Virus record (IMG/VR): IMGVR_UViG_3300032218_003836
Coordinates: 1 to 29,665 of that record
From: a virus
Lineage: Duplodnaviria > Caudoviricetes
Length of the DNA stretch: 29,665 nucleotides
Direction: 5' to 3' (one strand)
Shown: positions 1 to 9,582 of the stretch, piece after piece
Layout: each line of letters starts with the position of its first letter
Numbering within the stretch: position 1 is the stretch's first letter
Notes under the pieces: model-generated
Database searches by the model: none
What the model saw: the letters and a program-made list of their open reading frames with translations, nothing else
Told to the model about the DNA's origin: nothing
Made by a program: the position numbers and the translations under genes

Positions 1-1
1 T

Positions 2-820
2 GGTTTCGCCAGTTTCCTGCCCAGGCTTAAACCAATCACCAGCCACTTCGCCCATAATCTCCGCTTCACGCTCAGGGCTAGTAACTACACCTTGCGGAGG
101 CAGTTTCTTCGCAAGACCGGCAGCAAAATCCCGCTCTCGTTGAGCGTTCTGCGCTTCCTTTTCTTTTTCAACACGATTGGCGACAAAGGGAAGTTGTGCT
201 CGGTATTTTGCGAGCGCGACATCTTGAGCCAAATTCACATCACGTTGAGCAAGAGCTTGGCCTGCCTTTGACAAGGTATCGGACTTCACATCGCGAGCCA
301 CGTCTGGATGTTCAGCATAGAACTTCTCTGCTTGAATCTTTGCAGCACGATCGCGCTCTTCGGCATATCGCCGTTTAATCATTTCGTTCTGTTCTTTGGC
401 GTATCGCTCTTGCTCATCTGGAGACATCGCCGCTTGCTCGTTCATCATCTTGAACAACCGCTCTGAAGCGATTTTCTGCTCGGGAGTCTCTTCAACACCC
501 TTAGCCACAGCTTCGGTCTGCGTAGGCTGAGCAGGCACCTCAGTACCCGAGAACGAATCGTCCAAACCCTTGGCCCGACGCAGCGCAGCCTTCTCAGCCT
601 CGTCCTTCTTCCCGCTCTCAGCAAACCAGTCCTTGATACCACCGTAAGCGGTATCGATGCCGCGGACTGCCAAGTCTGCAAACGGCATGGCTTCTTTGGC
701 AACATTGGCCATCAAGCCAAGGTTTTGCAACTTTTCTGCCGCGGTCTGCCCAGGCACGCGTTCGATACGGTGTTGAACAGGAGCAAAAGCTTCGGTGTCT
801 GTATCAAGAATACGCGCCAT
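2..820 (-). CDS. Putative internal virion/ejection protein (3'-partial, runs off the left end)
   Basis: Not in the ORF track. ATG at 820 with GGAG upstream; I translated it by hand (MARILDTDTEAFAPVQHRIERVPGQ...) and it is open to base 2. Helical, E/K/A/Q-rich, downstream of tail genes. Contains EQKIASERLFKM. Confidence 0.7.
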   Translation of the reverse strand, partial: MARILDTDTEAFAPVQHRIERVPGQTAAEKLQNLGLMANVAKEAMPFADLAVRGIDTAYGGIKDWFAESGKKDEAEKAALRRAKGLDDSFSGTEVPAQPTQTEAVAKGVEETPEQKIASERLFKMMNEQAAMSPDEQERYAKEQNEMIKRRYAEERDRAAKIQAEKFYAEHPDVARDVKSDTLSKAGQALAQRDVNLAQDVALAKYRAQLPFVANRVEKEKEAQNAQRERDFAAGLAKKLPPQGVVTSPEREAEIMGEVAGDWFKPGQETGET

Positions 821-838
821 GGTGCGGCTCCAAACAAG

Positions 839-1528
839 CTAGGCGTTAAACGAACCGGATTCGGAAAGAATCTTGTCCACAGCTGCAACCGCGGCATTGT
901 ACAAAGCCGGATTACGTTGCTTGGTTTCGGCATTTGCGTACTTGCGATAGACATAGTTGGCCATGTCTTTGCGATCAGTATCCGTCCAAACATTGGCGTT
1001 TTTGGCGCGAGTATTGAATTCGTTCTGGATGTCGGACAGCGCGTTATCAACCTCTTGTTTCTGAGCCATCGGGCGATCGTAAGCAGCCTGCTGAAGCTTT
1101 TGCTTCTCAGCCAGGTACTCGCTCTGGGCTTGCGAGGCAAGACGCTCGGCCGCAATCTTCTGCATGCCGTACTCGCCCATCAGCTGGCCTTCCGCAATGC
1201 CGCGCGAAAGCTGGCTCTGCCGCATACCAGCAAGTGAGCCGCCGCCGCCTTGAGCGAGCTGCGCCGCGAACGCGCGACCAGACTTTTCGCGCTCGCCGGC
1301 AAGAGCTTCTTGGCCTTGCTTCTCGACTTCGCCAACAGCACCCTTGGACACATCGGCCTGCTTCCTAAGCGAACCAAGGTACTGCGCCTGGTTCTGCTGG
1401 GTCAGCGCGTCCATCTGCGCGGCAGTCGGATTAAAGACCAGCTCGTCGGAGGGTAGGTTTGAGTCTTCCGGCGTATTTTTAGGTTGCTTTTTGGCTTCTT
1501 CTTCAACATCACTATCAGTCCAGCCCAT
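839..1528 (-). CDS. Putative internal virion/ejection protein, Q/A/G-rich coiled coil
   Basis: ORF 839..1627; more likely start MGWTDSD at 1528 with GGAGG SD, which avoids overlap with the upstream gene. Composition and position resemble podoviral ejection proteins. Confidence 0.6.
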   Translation of the reverse strand: MGWTDSDVEEEAKKQPKNTPEDSNLPSDELVFNPTAAQMDALTQQNQAQYLGSLRKQADVSKGAVGEVEKQGQEALAGEREKSGRAFAAQLAQGGGGSLAGMRQSQLSRGIAEGQLMGEYGMQKIAAERLASQAQSEYLAEKQKLQQAAYDRPMAQKQEVDNALSDIQNEFNTRAKNANVWTDTDRKDMANYVYRKYANAETKQRNPALYNAAVAAVDKILSESGSFNA

Positions 1529-1546
1529 AACATCCTCCAGCAGCAG

Positions 1547-1575
1547 AGTGTAGCGACAAGTTCCTTGATTGACCA
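1547..1575 (-). promoter_or_regulatory. Candidate sigma70-type promoter TGGTCA-N17-TACACT
   Basis: Intergenic, 17-bp spacer, just upstream of the SD of 839..1528. Confidence 0.35.
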
Positions 1576-1580
1576 GATGG

Positions 1581-3647
1581 TTATGCGGTAAGTACTTGCT
1601 TTCCGCAAAGGATAACCCACTCGCCACCCTGGCCGATGATGGTGTCCGTATTTTCCAGCGCAGCGTATTCCGTTAGATCCTTGGTCCAGCGCACTTCCAG
1701 CACGTTCTCCCGACCGTGAGTAAGCGGCGTGGTAAATGCCACGCAGCCGGGATACCCGGTTGGCATCGTGCCGCAAACCTCACGGTCTTCGGTCATCGTG
1801 TTGGCGCGTCCCATGTAGAACGGAGGTCCGCTGCTGAACCAAGAGTTGCTGTCCCACGTCTCGGTGTTGTTCACCAACGGAATCTGAAGCAAGCGGTAGC
1901 GCGGGTTGCCATCAGGACTGTACTCATCGAGCAACCAGTTCTTGTAGCTGTCTGGGTTGCCAGCAGGAGCGGCGCCATTCCATTGCAGATAGGCAACCTG
2001 CTGGTGCTTGTAATCGTCGCTGCGCCAGCCTGAGTTCAAAATAACGCCAACCTTCTGGGTGTATCCAGCATCGGTCGGCCAGGTCGAGGGGTCCACACAG
2101 CTAGGGTATACGATCGTGCTGGGACTGTAGCCGTTCCACACAGCAAAGGCGTGATGCAGAACAAACCCTTCCGGCACCGGTAGCACAAAGACATCCTCGG
2201 TGACCTTGTTGGCGGGTCCGACTTCAAGATCGACATACGGCAAACCAGCGCTGGTCACAGTGAGCTTCCGCACGGACTCGCGGTATTGACCGCCCCACAT
2301 CGGCACCATGATGATGCTGTAGTGAGCATCGTTGGCCAACATCTCTTCCGGGTAGGTGTTGCTAGCTTCAAGCGGGTCAGCAAGAGCTCCATAGCCAGTG
2401 CCATAGCCGCTGCCTGCGCGTTGACGCAGGGCACGGTCAAACCCGTGCATTCCGTCCTGGACATCGTTGCCGGTGATGATGTCGTTGGGCACCACGGTCG
2501 TGTATGGAATCGACGTGCCGGTCTTAGCGCCACCATGAACGGTCGGCAGGTTCTGGATAGGCTTGGAGCCTTCTTCCTCTGGGAAGTTGCCGAAGTCACC
2601 CTGCTTGTCGCGGACCGTCAGCGGCGCTTCCAGCGTGGCGCACAGATGAAACGACACCAGCTCAAGCGGGTCGTTGGTCACGCCGGCCACACCAGTGTCT
2701 ACATGCGTCAGGAACGTTGTTCCGGTTCCCGTACTGGTCATCAAGACGAAGTTGCAAGCGATGGAGTTGACCGCGCTGGACGCCACAATCTCTTCCAAGG
2801 TAATGACATTGTTCACCGCGGTGACGTTGTAAAGCGGGTCGGCGGCAGCTGCGGCAACAAGACCTGCGGCGATTACGGGCAAAGTATTGCCAGCAAGCAC
2901 AAGGTACTCGTACACCTCACCGTTAATCGACAACTGCAAGACATCGCCAGCAATCGGAGAGCCACCCAACGTAATCGTCCACTTGTCCTTGGTGCCTGCC
3001 GTGCTGGTTTCGTAAAGGCCGGGGCACGACAACTCCCAGACATACACGTTCCACGGGCGGATAGGCAGGTTCTGCTCGGAAATCACCAGCGGGTTGGCGC
3101 GAGCCACACCGCTGCCCGCAGTGCCGCCAGTCGCGCTTTGCTGGATGCCAAACGCGTTGACGCCATCAATCTCCCACTGGCCAATCTTTTCGACGCTTTG
3201 AACATCACCCGTAAGAAAAGACGGCTGGCGCTCAAACAAACGTAGCGTCATGTTGTAGCGAGACATGTCCACGTTGGTCAGCTCGCCAAAACCACCAGCG
3301 GCGCCATAACCTGTGACCGCAAACGGCTCTGCGCGCTGATCGATCGAAAGCGAAAACTCGGTGAGCGACACCGGATACTGCGGGTCTTGCAGAGTCATGC
3401 TGTTGAACAACTGCTGGAACGGCGGCGCAAGAAACGGCCAAGACACAATCGGGCTACCGTTAGAAGCCGAAGCCGGGCCGGTCCACGGCAAGACCCACGA
3501 TAGCTTGAACCTGGACTGCGTCTCGACCACGTCCTGAAGGTTCGCCTCATCGGCAGCAGCCTGCATGGCAACAAGCGGCTCGTTCACATGCTGAGTCGTC
3601 AGCTTGACGCCGCGGGCAAAACGCTTGAATGGAAACTGCTTGGGCAT
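1581..3647 (-). CDS. Putative tail/virion structural protein (688 aa) with an inserted sheath-like beta domain
   Basis: Long ORF with GAGG SD in the tail gene cluster; beta-rich, aromatic/Pro-rich composition. Confidence 0.6.
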   Translation of the reverse strand: MPKQFPFKRFARGVKLTTQHVNEPLVAMQAAADEANLQDVVETQSRFKLSWVLPWTGPASASNGSPIVSWPFLAPPFQQLFNSMTLQDPQYPVSLTEFSLSIDQRAEPFAVTGYGAAGGFGELTNVDMSRYNMTLRLFERQPSFLTGDVQSVEKIGQWEIDGVNAFGIQQSATGGTAGSGVARANPLVISEQNLPIRPWNVYVWELSCPGLYETSTAGTKDKWTITLGGSPIAGDVLQLSINGEVYEYLVLAGNTLPVIAAGLVAAAAADPLYNVTAVNNVITLEEIVASSAVNSIACNFVLMTSTGTGTTFLTHVDTGVAGVTNDPLELVSFHLCATLEAPLTVRDKQGDFGNFPEEEGSKPIQNLPTVHGGAKTGTSIPYTTVVPNDIITGNDVQDGMHGFDRALRQRAGSGYGTGYGALADPLEASNTYPEEMLANDAHYSIIMVPMWGGQYRESVRKLTVTSAGLPYVDLEVGPANKVTEDVFVLPVPEGFVLHHAFAVWNGYSPSTIVYPSCVDPSTWPTDAGYTQKVGVILNSGWRSDDYKHQQVAYLQWNGAAPAGNPDSYKNWLLDEYSPDGNPRYRLLQIPLVNNTETWDSNSWFSSGPPFYMGRANTMTEDREVCGTMPTGYPGCVAFTTPLTHGRENVLEVRWTKDLTEYAALENTDTIIGQGGEWVILCGKQVLTA

Positions 3648-3653
3648 ATGTCC

Positions 3654-4508
3654 TCAGTGCGTCGGGCTGTAGGTTAGCGCCCGCAGGTTCCAAGTGTTGC
3701 CTTTGGTGGGATCAAGCCCCCAAGTCGAATTATTTGCTTCTGGATAACGCGGGATAGTCCACTGGAACACGATGCGCGCACCAACTGGAACGAGTACTAA
3801 GGCATCTGCCATCACAGCGAAACCATTCCAGTTCACCGGATGACGCAGTGCATCACTTGGGAACGGCGGCTTTGTGGGGTCGCTGCCAGCAGATGGAACT
3901 CCAGCTGGAGAAAAATCAAACGCATCGGAGCGCATCTTGTAAGTCAGCGACTCTTGCCGAAGCTTCTTGCGGTTCTCCAAGTCCCATCCGTCCGAAATAC
4001 AAACCTGAAGCGTAAAGTCTTGGGTTGGTTGAGCGAAACTATGGCCAGCAGGCGGCACAACCCCATACCGCCAAGAGTTCAGGTAGTTGCTTAGCTCAGG
4101 CGTAAGTAAGCCAGCCATCACAACGAAAGACCCGATAATCATCGGATGCGATGCGAGCATGGTGACTTCCCATGTCAGCAAACCACCGCTGATAGGGTAA
4201 TCTTCAAAAGTAATGCCATCGACTTGCGTGGACTTGGTCCGATAGGTGTTGGTCAATTGGCTGTGAGAAATAGGATTCGTGCCACTAAACGAGTAGTTAT
4301 ACTCTTCCAAGTATGGGCTGCCGTTCACACCAACGCTCGGAGGCGAGAAGCCCCACAGCAGCGGAGAAGGCGACCAGCGACGACGCACCAGGTCTGCGGG
4401 TACATCGTCGTAGAGCTTGGCCAGTTCCAGCAGAGACTGCTCGATGCGAGTAGGCGAAGCATCCAGCCCCGGCGCGAACTGATAGGGAAGTAGCCGGTTG
4501 CTGCTCAT
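3654..4508 (-). CDS. Putative virion structural protein (284 aa)
   Basis: ATGA overlap with the upstream gene, GAGG SD; composition similar to the 688-aa neighbour. Confidence 0.6.
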   Translation of the reverse strand: MSSNRLLPYQFAPGLDASPTRIEQSLLELAKLYDDVPADLVRRRWSPSPLLWGFSPPSVGVNGSPYLEEYNYSFSGTNPISHSQLTNTYRTKSTQVDGITFEDYPISGGLLTWEVTMLASHPMIIGSFVVMAGLLTPELSNYLNSWRYGVVPPAGHSFAQPTQDFTLQVCISDGWDLENRKKLRQESLTYKMRSDAFDFSPAGVPSAGSDPTKPPFPSDALRHPVNWNGFAVMADALVLVPVGARIVFQWTIPRYPEANNSTWGLDPTKGNTWNLRALTYSPTH

Positions 4509-5002
4509 ACTGCCTCTCCACCTGGCAACGTCACGTTAGAGTGCGCCGTGCTGGACGTATGTACGCCACCAGCGACCACGCATTTTGACGCACTTCCTGC
4601 GTTTTGAATAGAGGAAGTTCCATCAAATCTGCACCCTGCCCACGCACCCTTGCCGCCACTGGCCACCGTCACGGTCTTCAAGAATACGCACGCATCGAAT
4701 GCGACAACAGATGTCGCAGACAGCGAGACGGTATCGTTGAACACCACGCCTCGCACGATCGCATTGGTGGTGAACGTCACCGGCCCGGTGACTACAGGCC
4801 AGCCCAAGCCATCGATTCTGGAGTCTTTGCCGATCGTGTTGCCAATGTAGTTGCCTGGAGCAAGGATGCCCGCCTGAAACGGAGCTCCAGCAACCACGGG
4901 TTGCAGGCGCAGCACAACGTCGAAAATCTGCTGGCGACCTTGCATGTTTGCATAGTTCAGGTCGCTGATGCCTTTTTGTGGTAGCTCAATCTGCTGAGGC
5001 AT
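4505..5002 (-). CDS. Small tail-associated protein, probable right-handed beta-helix
   Basis: Patterns such as LAPGNY, IVRGVVF, FDACVF and AGCRF are typical of parallel beta-helix rungs; tail context. Confidence 0.5.
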   Translation of the reverse strand: MPQQIELPQKGISDLNYANMQGRQQIFDVVLRLQPVVAGAPFQAGILAPGNYIGNTIGKDSRIDGLGWPVVTGPVTFTTNAIVRGVVFNDTVSLSATSVVAFDACVFLKTVTVASGGKGAWAGCRFDGTSSIQNAGSASKCVVAGGVHTSSTAHSNVTLPGGEAV

Positions 5003-5004
5003 CG

Positions 5005-5715
5005 TTATCTCGCAGTCGGGTTGACGGCTTCAGGAAGCGAGACTGGAACCTCTTCTTCTTCCTTGTCGTGCAGTTGAAGCAATCGTTGCTTGGCGATGTC
5101 TTGCATCGGAGGCGGCGTGAACAAGCCTTCCTTTTCCCACTTGTCCCGCTGCGATGCGACTGCCTTTTCAAACGCACTAGGTTGACGCTCGCGTTGACGC
5201 AGCGCGCTAGGACCAGCGGCTACAACCATCTTGGGCTGCTTAACTTCGCCAGGCTTTTGCGCAGGAGCAGCCATCGCGGGACGCGGCGGCTCTTTGGTCT
5301 TGAAAGGCTCAGGCGTCGGCGCTTGAGGTTGCGGCGTAGGAGCGCGCGGTTCTTCAATCCGCTGCACCTGACCGCGCTCCATGCGAGCTACTAGGTCTGG
5401 GTTTTCTTTGCGAAGAAGTTGTTCAATTCCAGGATAGTCTGGCTGTGCCGACTCCAAATCAGACAGGCGATCGTTAGCTTCTCTCAAATGCTTTGGAATA
5501 AGCATGTCTTCAATCTGACCGTTCTCTCTGTACATTTGATTAAGCACATCTTTAGGCCACCTAGAACGGTCTTGGCCATACTTGGACTTATATCGTTGTA
5601 CGTTTTGAGTTGCAGAATCAACATATTGAAGATGCTTATCAACAGCCTCCTGACCCATTTCTTGCATGAGATGGTTTGCCAGCCGCTGATGAATAGGTAA
5701 CTGCTTGTCAGCCAT
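5005..5715 (-). CDS. Hypothetical protein (236 aa): helical N-domain, Pro-rich linker, C-terminal shared motif
   Basis: TAATG coupling to the upstream gene; contains MQDIAKQRLLQL. Confidence 0.65.
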   Translation of the reverse strand: MADKQLPIHQRLANHLMQEMGQEAVDKHLQYVDSATQNVQRYKSKYGQDRSRWPKDVLNQMYRENGQIEDMLIPKHLREANDRLSDLESAQPDYPGIEQLLRKENPDLVARMERGQVQRIEEPRAPTPQPQAPTPEPFKTKEPPRPAMAAPAQKPGEVKQPKMVVAAGPSALRQRERQPSAFEKAVASQRDKWEKEGLFTPPPMQDIAKQRLLQLHDKEEEEVPVSLPEAVNPTAR

Positions 5716-8700
5716 TACTTACCCCACCGCTGGCGCAGACCAACCTGCTTGATTGCGGCCTCGACTCGGCCGAGCTTTACCACTTCGCCTGGTGCATTCA
5801 TCGTGCCATGCAGCATCACCGAGCCGCGCATACCCTTGCTGCCATCAGTAGTGGCGAGCGTGTCCACAACTGGGTCATCGACCAGCAGGTTGCCCTTGGT
5901 AGAGTTGGTAGCATCGCCCCAAGTCGCCACGTTGTTAAACGTCTTAAGCAGCGGGTCAATCATCAGGTCCGGGTCGCCGCCGGTCGTGGCCGGAACCATG
6001 CGCGGGAATGCAAGAATGTCGTTTTGCGCGCTGTTGCCTGGCGGGATGCTGGCAAAGTCCAGCGCTTGGCCACTGTAGTCGCGCCAGTCCGTCGAGGTCG
6101 CCGTGTTGAGCGGACCGTAAAGCCAGCCAGGAACCACATCGTCGGTGCCATTGCCCATGTGCATCGCCGTGATGAACACACCGCGCACCGTGAACTGATA
6201 GCCGTTCACTTCAAACTCACGCGACTTCACTGCCCAATCCACCGGCTGCTGCTTGTTGGCAAGCGCCTTGTACTCAGTCGGATACCGACCGTACTGCCAC
6301 GCGTACAAGATGGCATCGTCTTCGCCAATCGAAGCGGCGTTGAGCTGGGTGTGCAGCGAGAACGTGTTGTTGGTCCCGATGTACTTGAAGCCCATGTAGA
6401 ACAGCACATCCGGCCCAACCACGCCCGCGTTGATTTGCGGCGCCGTAGTCCAAGCGCCAAGCGTGCCATCGAAGTCGATTTGAATCTGATCGCCATTAGC
6501 GTCTGGCACGCCCAAGCCAGAGTTCCAAACGCGAATCTGATGCGAGATATCTGGCGCGCCAAGAAAATAGCCACCAGTTGAGCCAAGGCGTTCAGAAGGA
6601 AACATCACTGCAAGCTCGTCTGTAGCTGCGGCCACACAAATGGGTTGCCACCGCGTGTTGTCGAACTTGAAATGCAGTTGGAAAGCCGAAGGTGGCGTGC
6701 TCACATTGGCTACCGCAACCGGCCACCAATAGGTTTGTTCAAACTGCTGAGCTGCTCCGCTCGGAGGCTGAAACCGGAACTCCGCAATCGACGGAGGACC
6801 AATGTAATATGCCGGAGCATTGGCAGGCTCGACCGGACCAGCAACGTACTTTACCCACCCGTTGACCGGCGTGCGCCAATCCTCCAGGTCGGCATCCGTG
6901 ATGTCCCCAGCAGACGCAAACTGCGAGTGCGTGGCAGCAAAGATGCCAACACCAGGCGCAAGAGCCGAGGTGACCACAGCGCTAGCGCCAGTGCCCGCAA
7001 CCTTGGCCACAGCCACAATGCTGGTGGGCTGAGCGATGAAGTTGTACTCCGGATCGCCCACCGCTTGAATCTGCGCCACAAACGCCTTGTACGTCGCGGT
7101 GAAGTCGTCACCAGCAACTACTGTGTAGTCATACTGGTTGGCGCCAACAGCGATGCGCAGGATATCGCCAGTTACGATGTAACCCGAAAGCGAGCAGTAC
7201 CATACGTCTGCAAGCGGGGCATCCATGCAGGTCGATTGGTCGATTGCGCCGCCACGTCCCAGCTTCAGCAAATAGCATGATTTATCAACCGCAATCGCAG
7301 AGTCTTTGTCATCAAGGTACGGACGAGTATCCGCGCCGCCAACCATGTACAGGTCATTGCGAACCGGCACCAGCGTCGGATTGTCGATGTTGGCCATACC
7401 CATCACATCAGAACCACTGCCAGCGTGCGTCTGGAAGTACCAAACGCTCCAACCAAAGTCCGTCGTCCAGACCAACGTGATGTCATCGCACACGCAGTAC
7501 AGCGCCTTGCGGGCATCATCCCAGCACAGCCGGGAGTTCTGCATCTGCTCACGCATGTCGATGCGGGCAGGCAGCTGAACACCCTGCAACGAGGTGTTAC
7601 CGTTGCGCTGGTAGTAATCCGTAAGCGGCATTTCCAGCGATTGCGGGTCGGTCCACAAGCGGTCGATGGGACGAGACAACCAGACCAACTGAACGCCACC
7701 AGTCCACAAGAACACACCGTTCGGGTCAGCAAAGAACACGCCCTCGTTGCCCACACACCAGGCGCGGTTGTTCACGCAGCCGTTAGTGAGAGAGATATAG
7801 GTAAGCGAGCCGACCGCCGCGGTGCCAGCACTGCCAAGCGCGGGCTGATACGCCCAACACTTGCCGCCGCTAGTGGCGATGAACACGCTCGACCGCAACG
7901 GCGCAACGCAGGTAATCGGGTCGGTCGTCGGCACAACGTATCGACTATCGGCCAGCACAGCCTGGGGCATGTGCGGGTCCGAGAACCACAGCGTGTTGTC
8001 GGTCGCGTAGATAACCCGGTCTTCATTCCAAGTGCATTGCGACGTGACGATGCCGAGGTCGCTGGTCGTCAGGTACACCGCGCCATCATTGGCCGACAAC
8101 AAACCTTCGGTCAGATTCAGCGGCGAGAACGCGCCCTGTTCGCCCATGAACGGACCTAGAATCGGACGGTCCAAACTGTCGTTCTGGCGGCGCCACTCGA
8201 TGGGGCAATCCACCGGACGATAAGTCCACAAGCCCATGCCGTCGATGCAGACCACGACGTTGAACGCCTTGGTTCCAAACGCAATGCCTGTTGACATCGG
8301 AGCAAAGATTGCCCACTTCGGCTCATGCGCCGGAATCGCCCAAGTCGAGCGGTCCTCGTTATACCTGGTCGCGTAGTTCGGATAGTCCCTGGTCAGGTCT
8401 TCTTTCTGCGAATCCTGCTCATGCAGCACAATCTCAACCTTGCGGTTGGTGTACAGGTCGTGAACGATCGCAACCACGCCAGCCAGAACGGTACCACGGC
8501 TTCCATATTGCGGGTCTTGCAATGGGCTAATGGTGCGCGGCTGACGCCCATAGAAGTTGCCAGTGAATGCATACAGCGGGTGAATCGCCAGAATCTGGTC
8601 GGTGTCCCACGGCGTGCGCACAGCGGTCGCACCGATACAAGCGCCCAAGCCATACTCGGTAGCGTTGACGCTGGTGTCGATGCGGCCAGCAGCCAAGCTG

Positions 8701-8861
8701 GTGTCGTACTGTCGCACCAGACCAAAGCCAGGACGAACCCAGAAGTCGCCATTACGCGGAATCACGTTCTGCACATAAGGCGTAGCATTGGTCTTGGCAG
8801 TACTACGCAAGTCCATGCCAGACTTAGGAGTGATATCAGCTGTCTTGTCGATGTTCGACAT
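5715..8861 (-). CDS. Tail nozzle / tail tubular protein B-like (T7 gp12 / P22 gp10 type)
   Basis: 1048 aa, directly after the adaptor. N-terminal GMD...QNV...WVRPGF and propeller-like segments (LWFSD, GCVN, GVFFADPNGVFLW) resemble this class. Confidence 0.65.
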   Translation of the reverse strand: MSNIDKTADITPKSGMDLRSTAKTNATPYVQNVIPRNGDFWVRPGFGLVRQYDTSLAAGRIDTSVNATEYGLGACIGATAVRTPWDTDQILAIHPLYAFTGNFYGRQPRTISPLQDPQYGSRGTVLAGVVAIVHDLYTNRKVEIVLHEQDSQKEDLTRDYPNYATRYNEDRSTWAIPAHEPKWAIFAPMSTGIAFGTKAFNVVVCIDGMGLWTYRPVDCPIEWRRQNDSLDRPILGPFMGEQGAFSPLNLTEGLLSANDGAVYLTTSDLGIVTSQCTWNEDRVIYATDNTLWFSDPHMPQAVLADSRYVVPTTDPITCVAPLRSSVFIATSGGKCWAYQPALGSAGTAAVGSLTYISLTNGCVNNRAWCVGNEGVFFADPNGVFLWTGGVQLVWLSRPIDRLWTDPQSLEMPLTDYYQRNGNTSLQGVQLPARIDMREQMQNSRLCWDDARKALYCVCDDITLVWTTDFGWSVWYFQTHAGSGSDVMGMANIDNPTLVPVRNDLYMVGGADTRPYLDDKDSAIAVDKSCYLLKLGRGGAIDQSTCMDAPLADVWYCSLSGYIVTGDILRIAVGANQYDYTVVAGDDFTATYKAFVAQIQAVGDPEYNFIAQPTSIVAVAKVAGTGASAVVTSALAPGVGIFAATHSQFASAGDITDADLEDWRTPVNGWVKYVAGPVEPANAPAYYIGPPSIAEFRFQPPSGAAQQFEQTYWWPVAVANVSTPPSAFQLHFKFDNTRWQPICVAAATDELAVMFPSERLGSTGGYFLGAPDISHQIRVWNSGLGVPDANGDQIQIDFDGTLGAWTTAPQINAGVVGPDVLFYMGFKYIGTNNTFSLHTQLNAASIGEDDAILYAWQYGRYPTEYKALANKQQPVDWAVKSREFEVNGYQFTVRGVFITAMHMGNGTDDVVPGWLYGPLNTATSTDWRDYSGQALDFASIPPGNSAQNDILAFPRMVPATTGGDPDLMIDPLLKTFNNVATWGDATNSTKGNLLVDDPVVDTLATTDGSKGMRGSVMLHGTMNAPGEVVKLGRVEAAIKQVGLRQRWGK

Positions 8862-8863
8862 GG

Positions 8864-9574
8864 CTACCTCTGGTATTCTTCGTTCACATACCGGGAAGCC
8901 TTGCCACTGCGGGCTTGGGCAAAGAACTCCATCATCTTGTCGGTGCGACGACGAAGCTGAAGCTCAAGCATTTGATTGGGTTGCGCCTGCTGAATGTAGT
9001 ACTGCTCAGCAGCCAACAACGCAATGATGTCGTGAAACTGCGTCAAGTTGTCCACGAACTTGTTAGCGCCTGGCGCAATCGCCGCATTCCAATCGATCGT
9101 CTCGGTGGGCAAGTACCAGATTTGAATCTGTCCGCTCACCGGAACGCTGAAACGCAGAATCTTGCCGTCCAACCAGTAGCGCTGGCCAGTCCACGCGTAG
9201 TTCGACAGCATCGCCGCACTAGCGTTGGGAATCTGGCCGAGCGTTTCCCAACTGGTCGCCGGCTGGAACGTGCCAAGGATGCCGCCCGTGTTCTGGTCAA
9301 CCAGCACAACGCGCGTCAAGCGGCTAGCAACAGCTCCTTCAGTAGGAGCTACACCAGCATCGGTGTAGAATAGGATGCCATCCAGATTGACGTTGTACTG
9401 ACCCACCAGAAGCGGGGGAGCATAATACCGCTCCCACACTTCCCAAGGCGCCAAGTTGCGGAACTCTTCGTAGGCCACCTCAAGCATGGTGGCGAGCAAA
9501 GAGTTGGGCAGACGAACCATTCCTGGGTCGTCCACCAATCGCCGCATGTACTGTGCAATCTGTCCAGCGTTCAC
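8864..9574 (-). CDS. Head-tail adaptor / tail tubular protein A-like
   Basis: GTG start with GAGG SD; N-terminal helices (YMRRLVDD, LEVAYEEF) and C-terminal FHDIIALLAA are typical of podoviral adaptors; lies between portal and nozzle. Confidence 0.65.
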   Translation of the reverse strand: MNAGQIAQYMRRLVDDPGMVRLPNSLLATMLEVAYEEFRNLAPWEVWERYYAPPLLVGQYNVNLDGILFYTDAGVAPTEGAVASRLTRVVLVDQNTGGILGTFQPATSWETLGQIPNASAAMLSNYAWTGQRYWLDGKILRFSVPVSGQIQIWYLPTETIDWNAAIAPGANKFVDNLTQFHDIIALLAAEQYYIQQAQPNQMLELQLRRRTDKMMEFFAQARSGKASRYVNEEYQR

Positions 9575-9582
9575 AGCGACCT

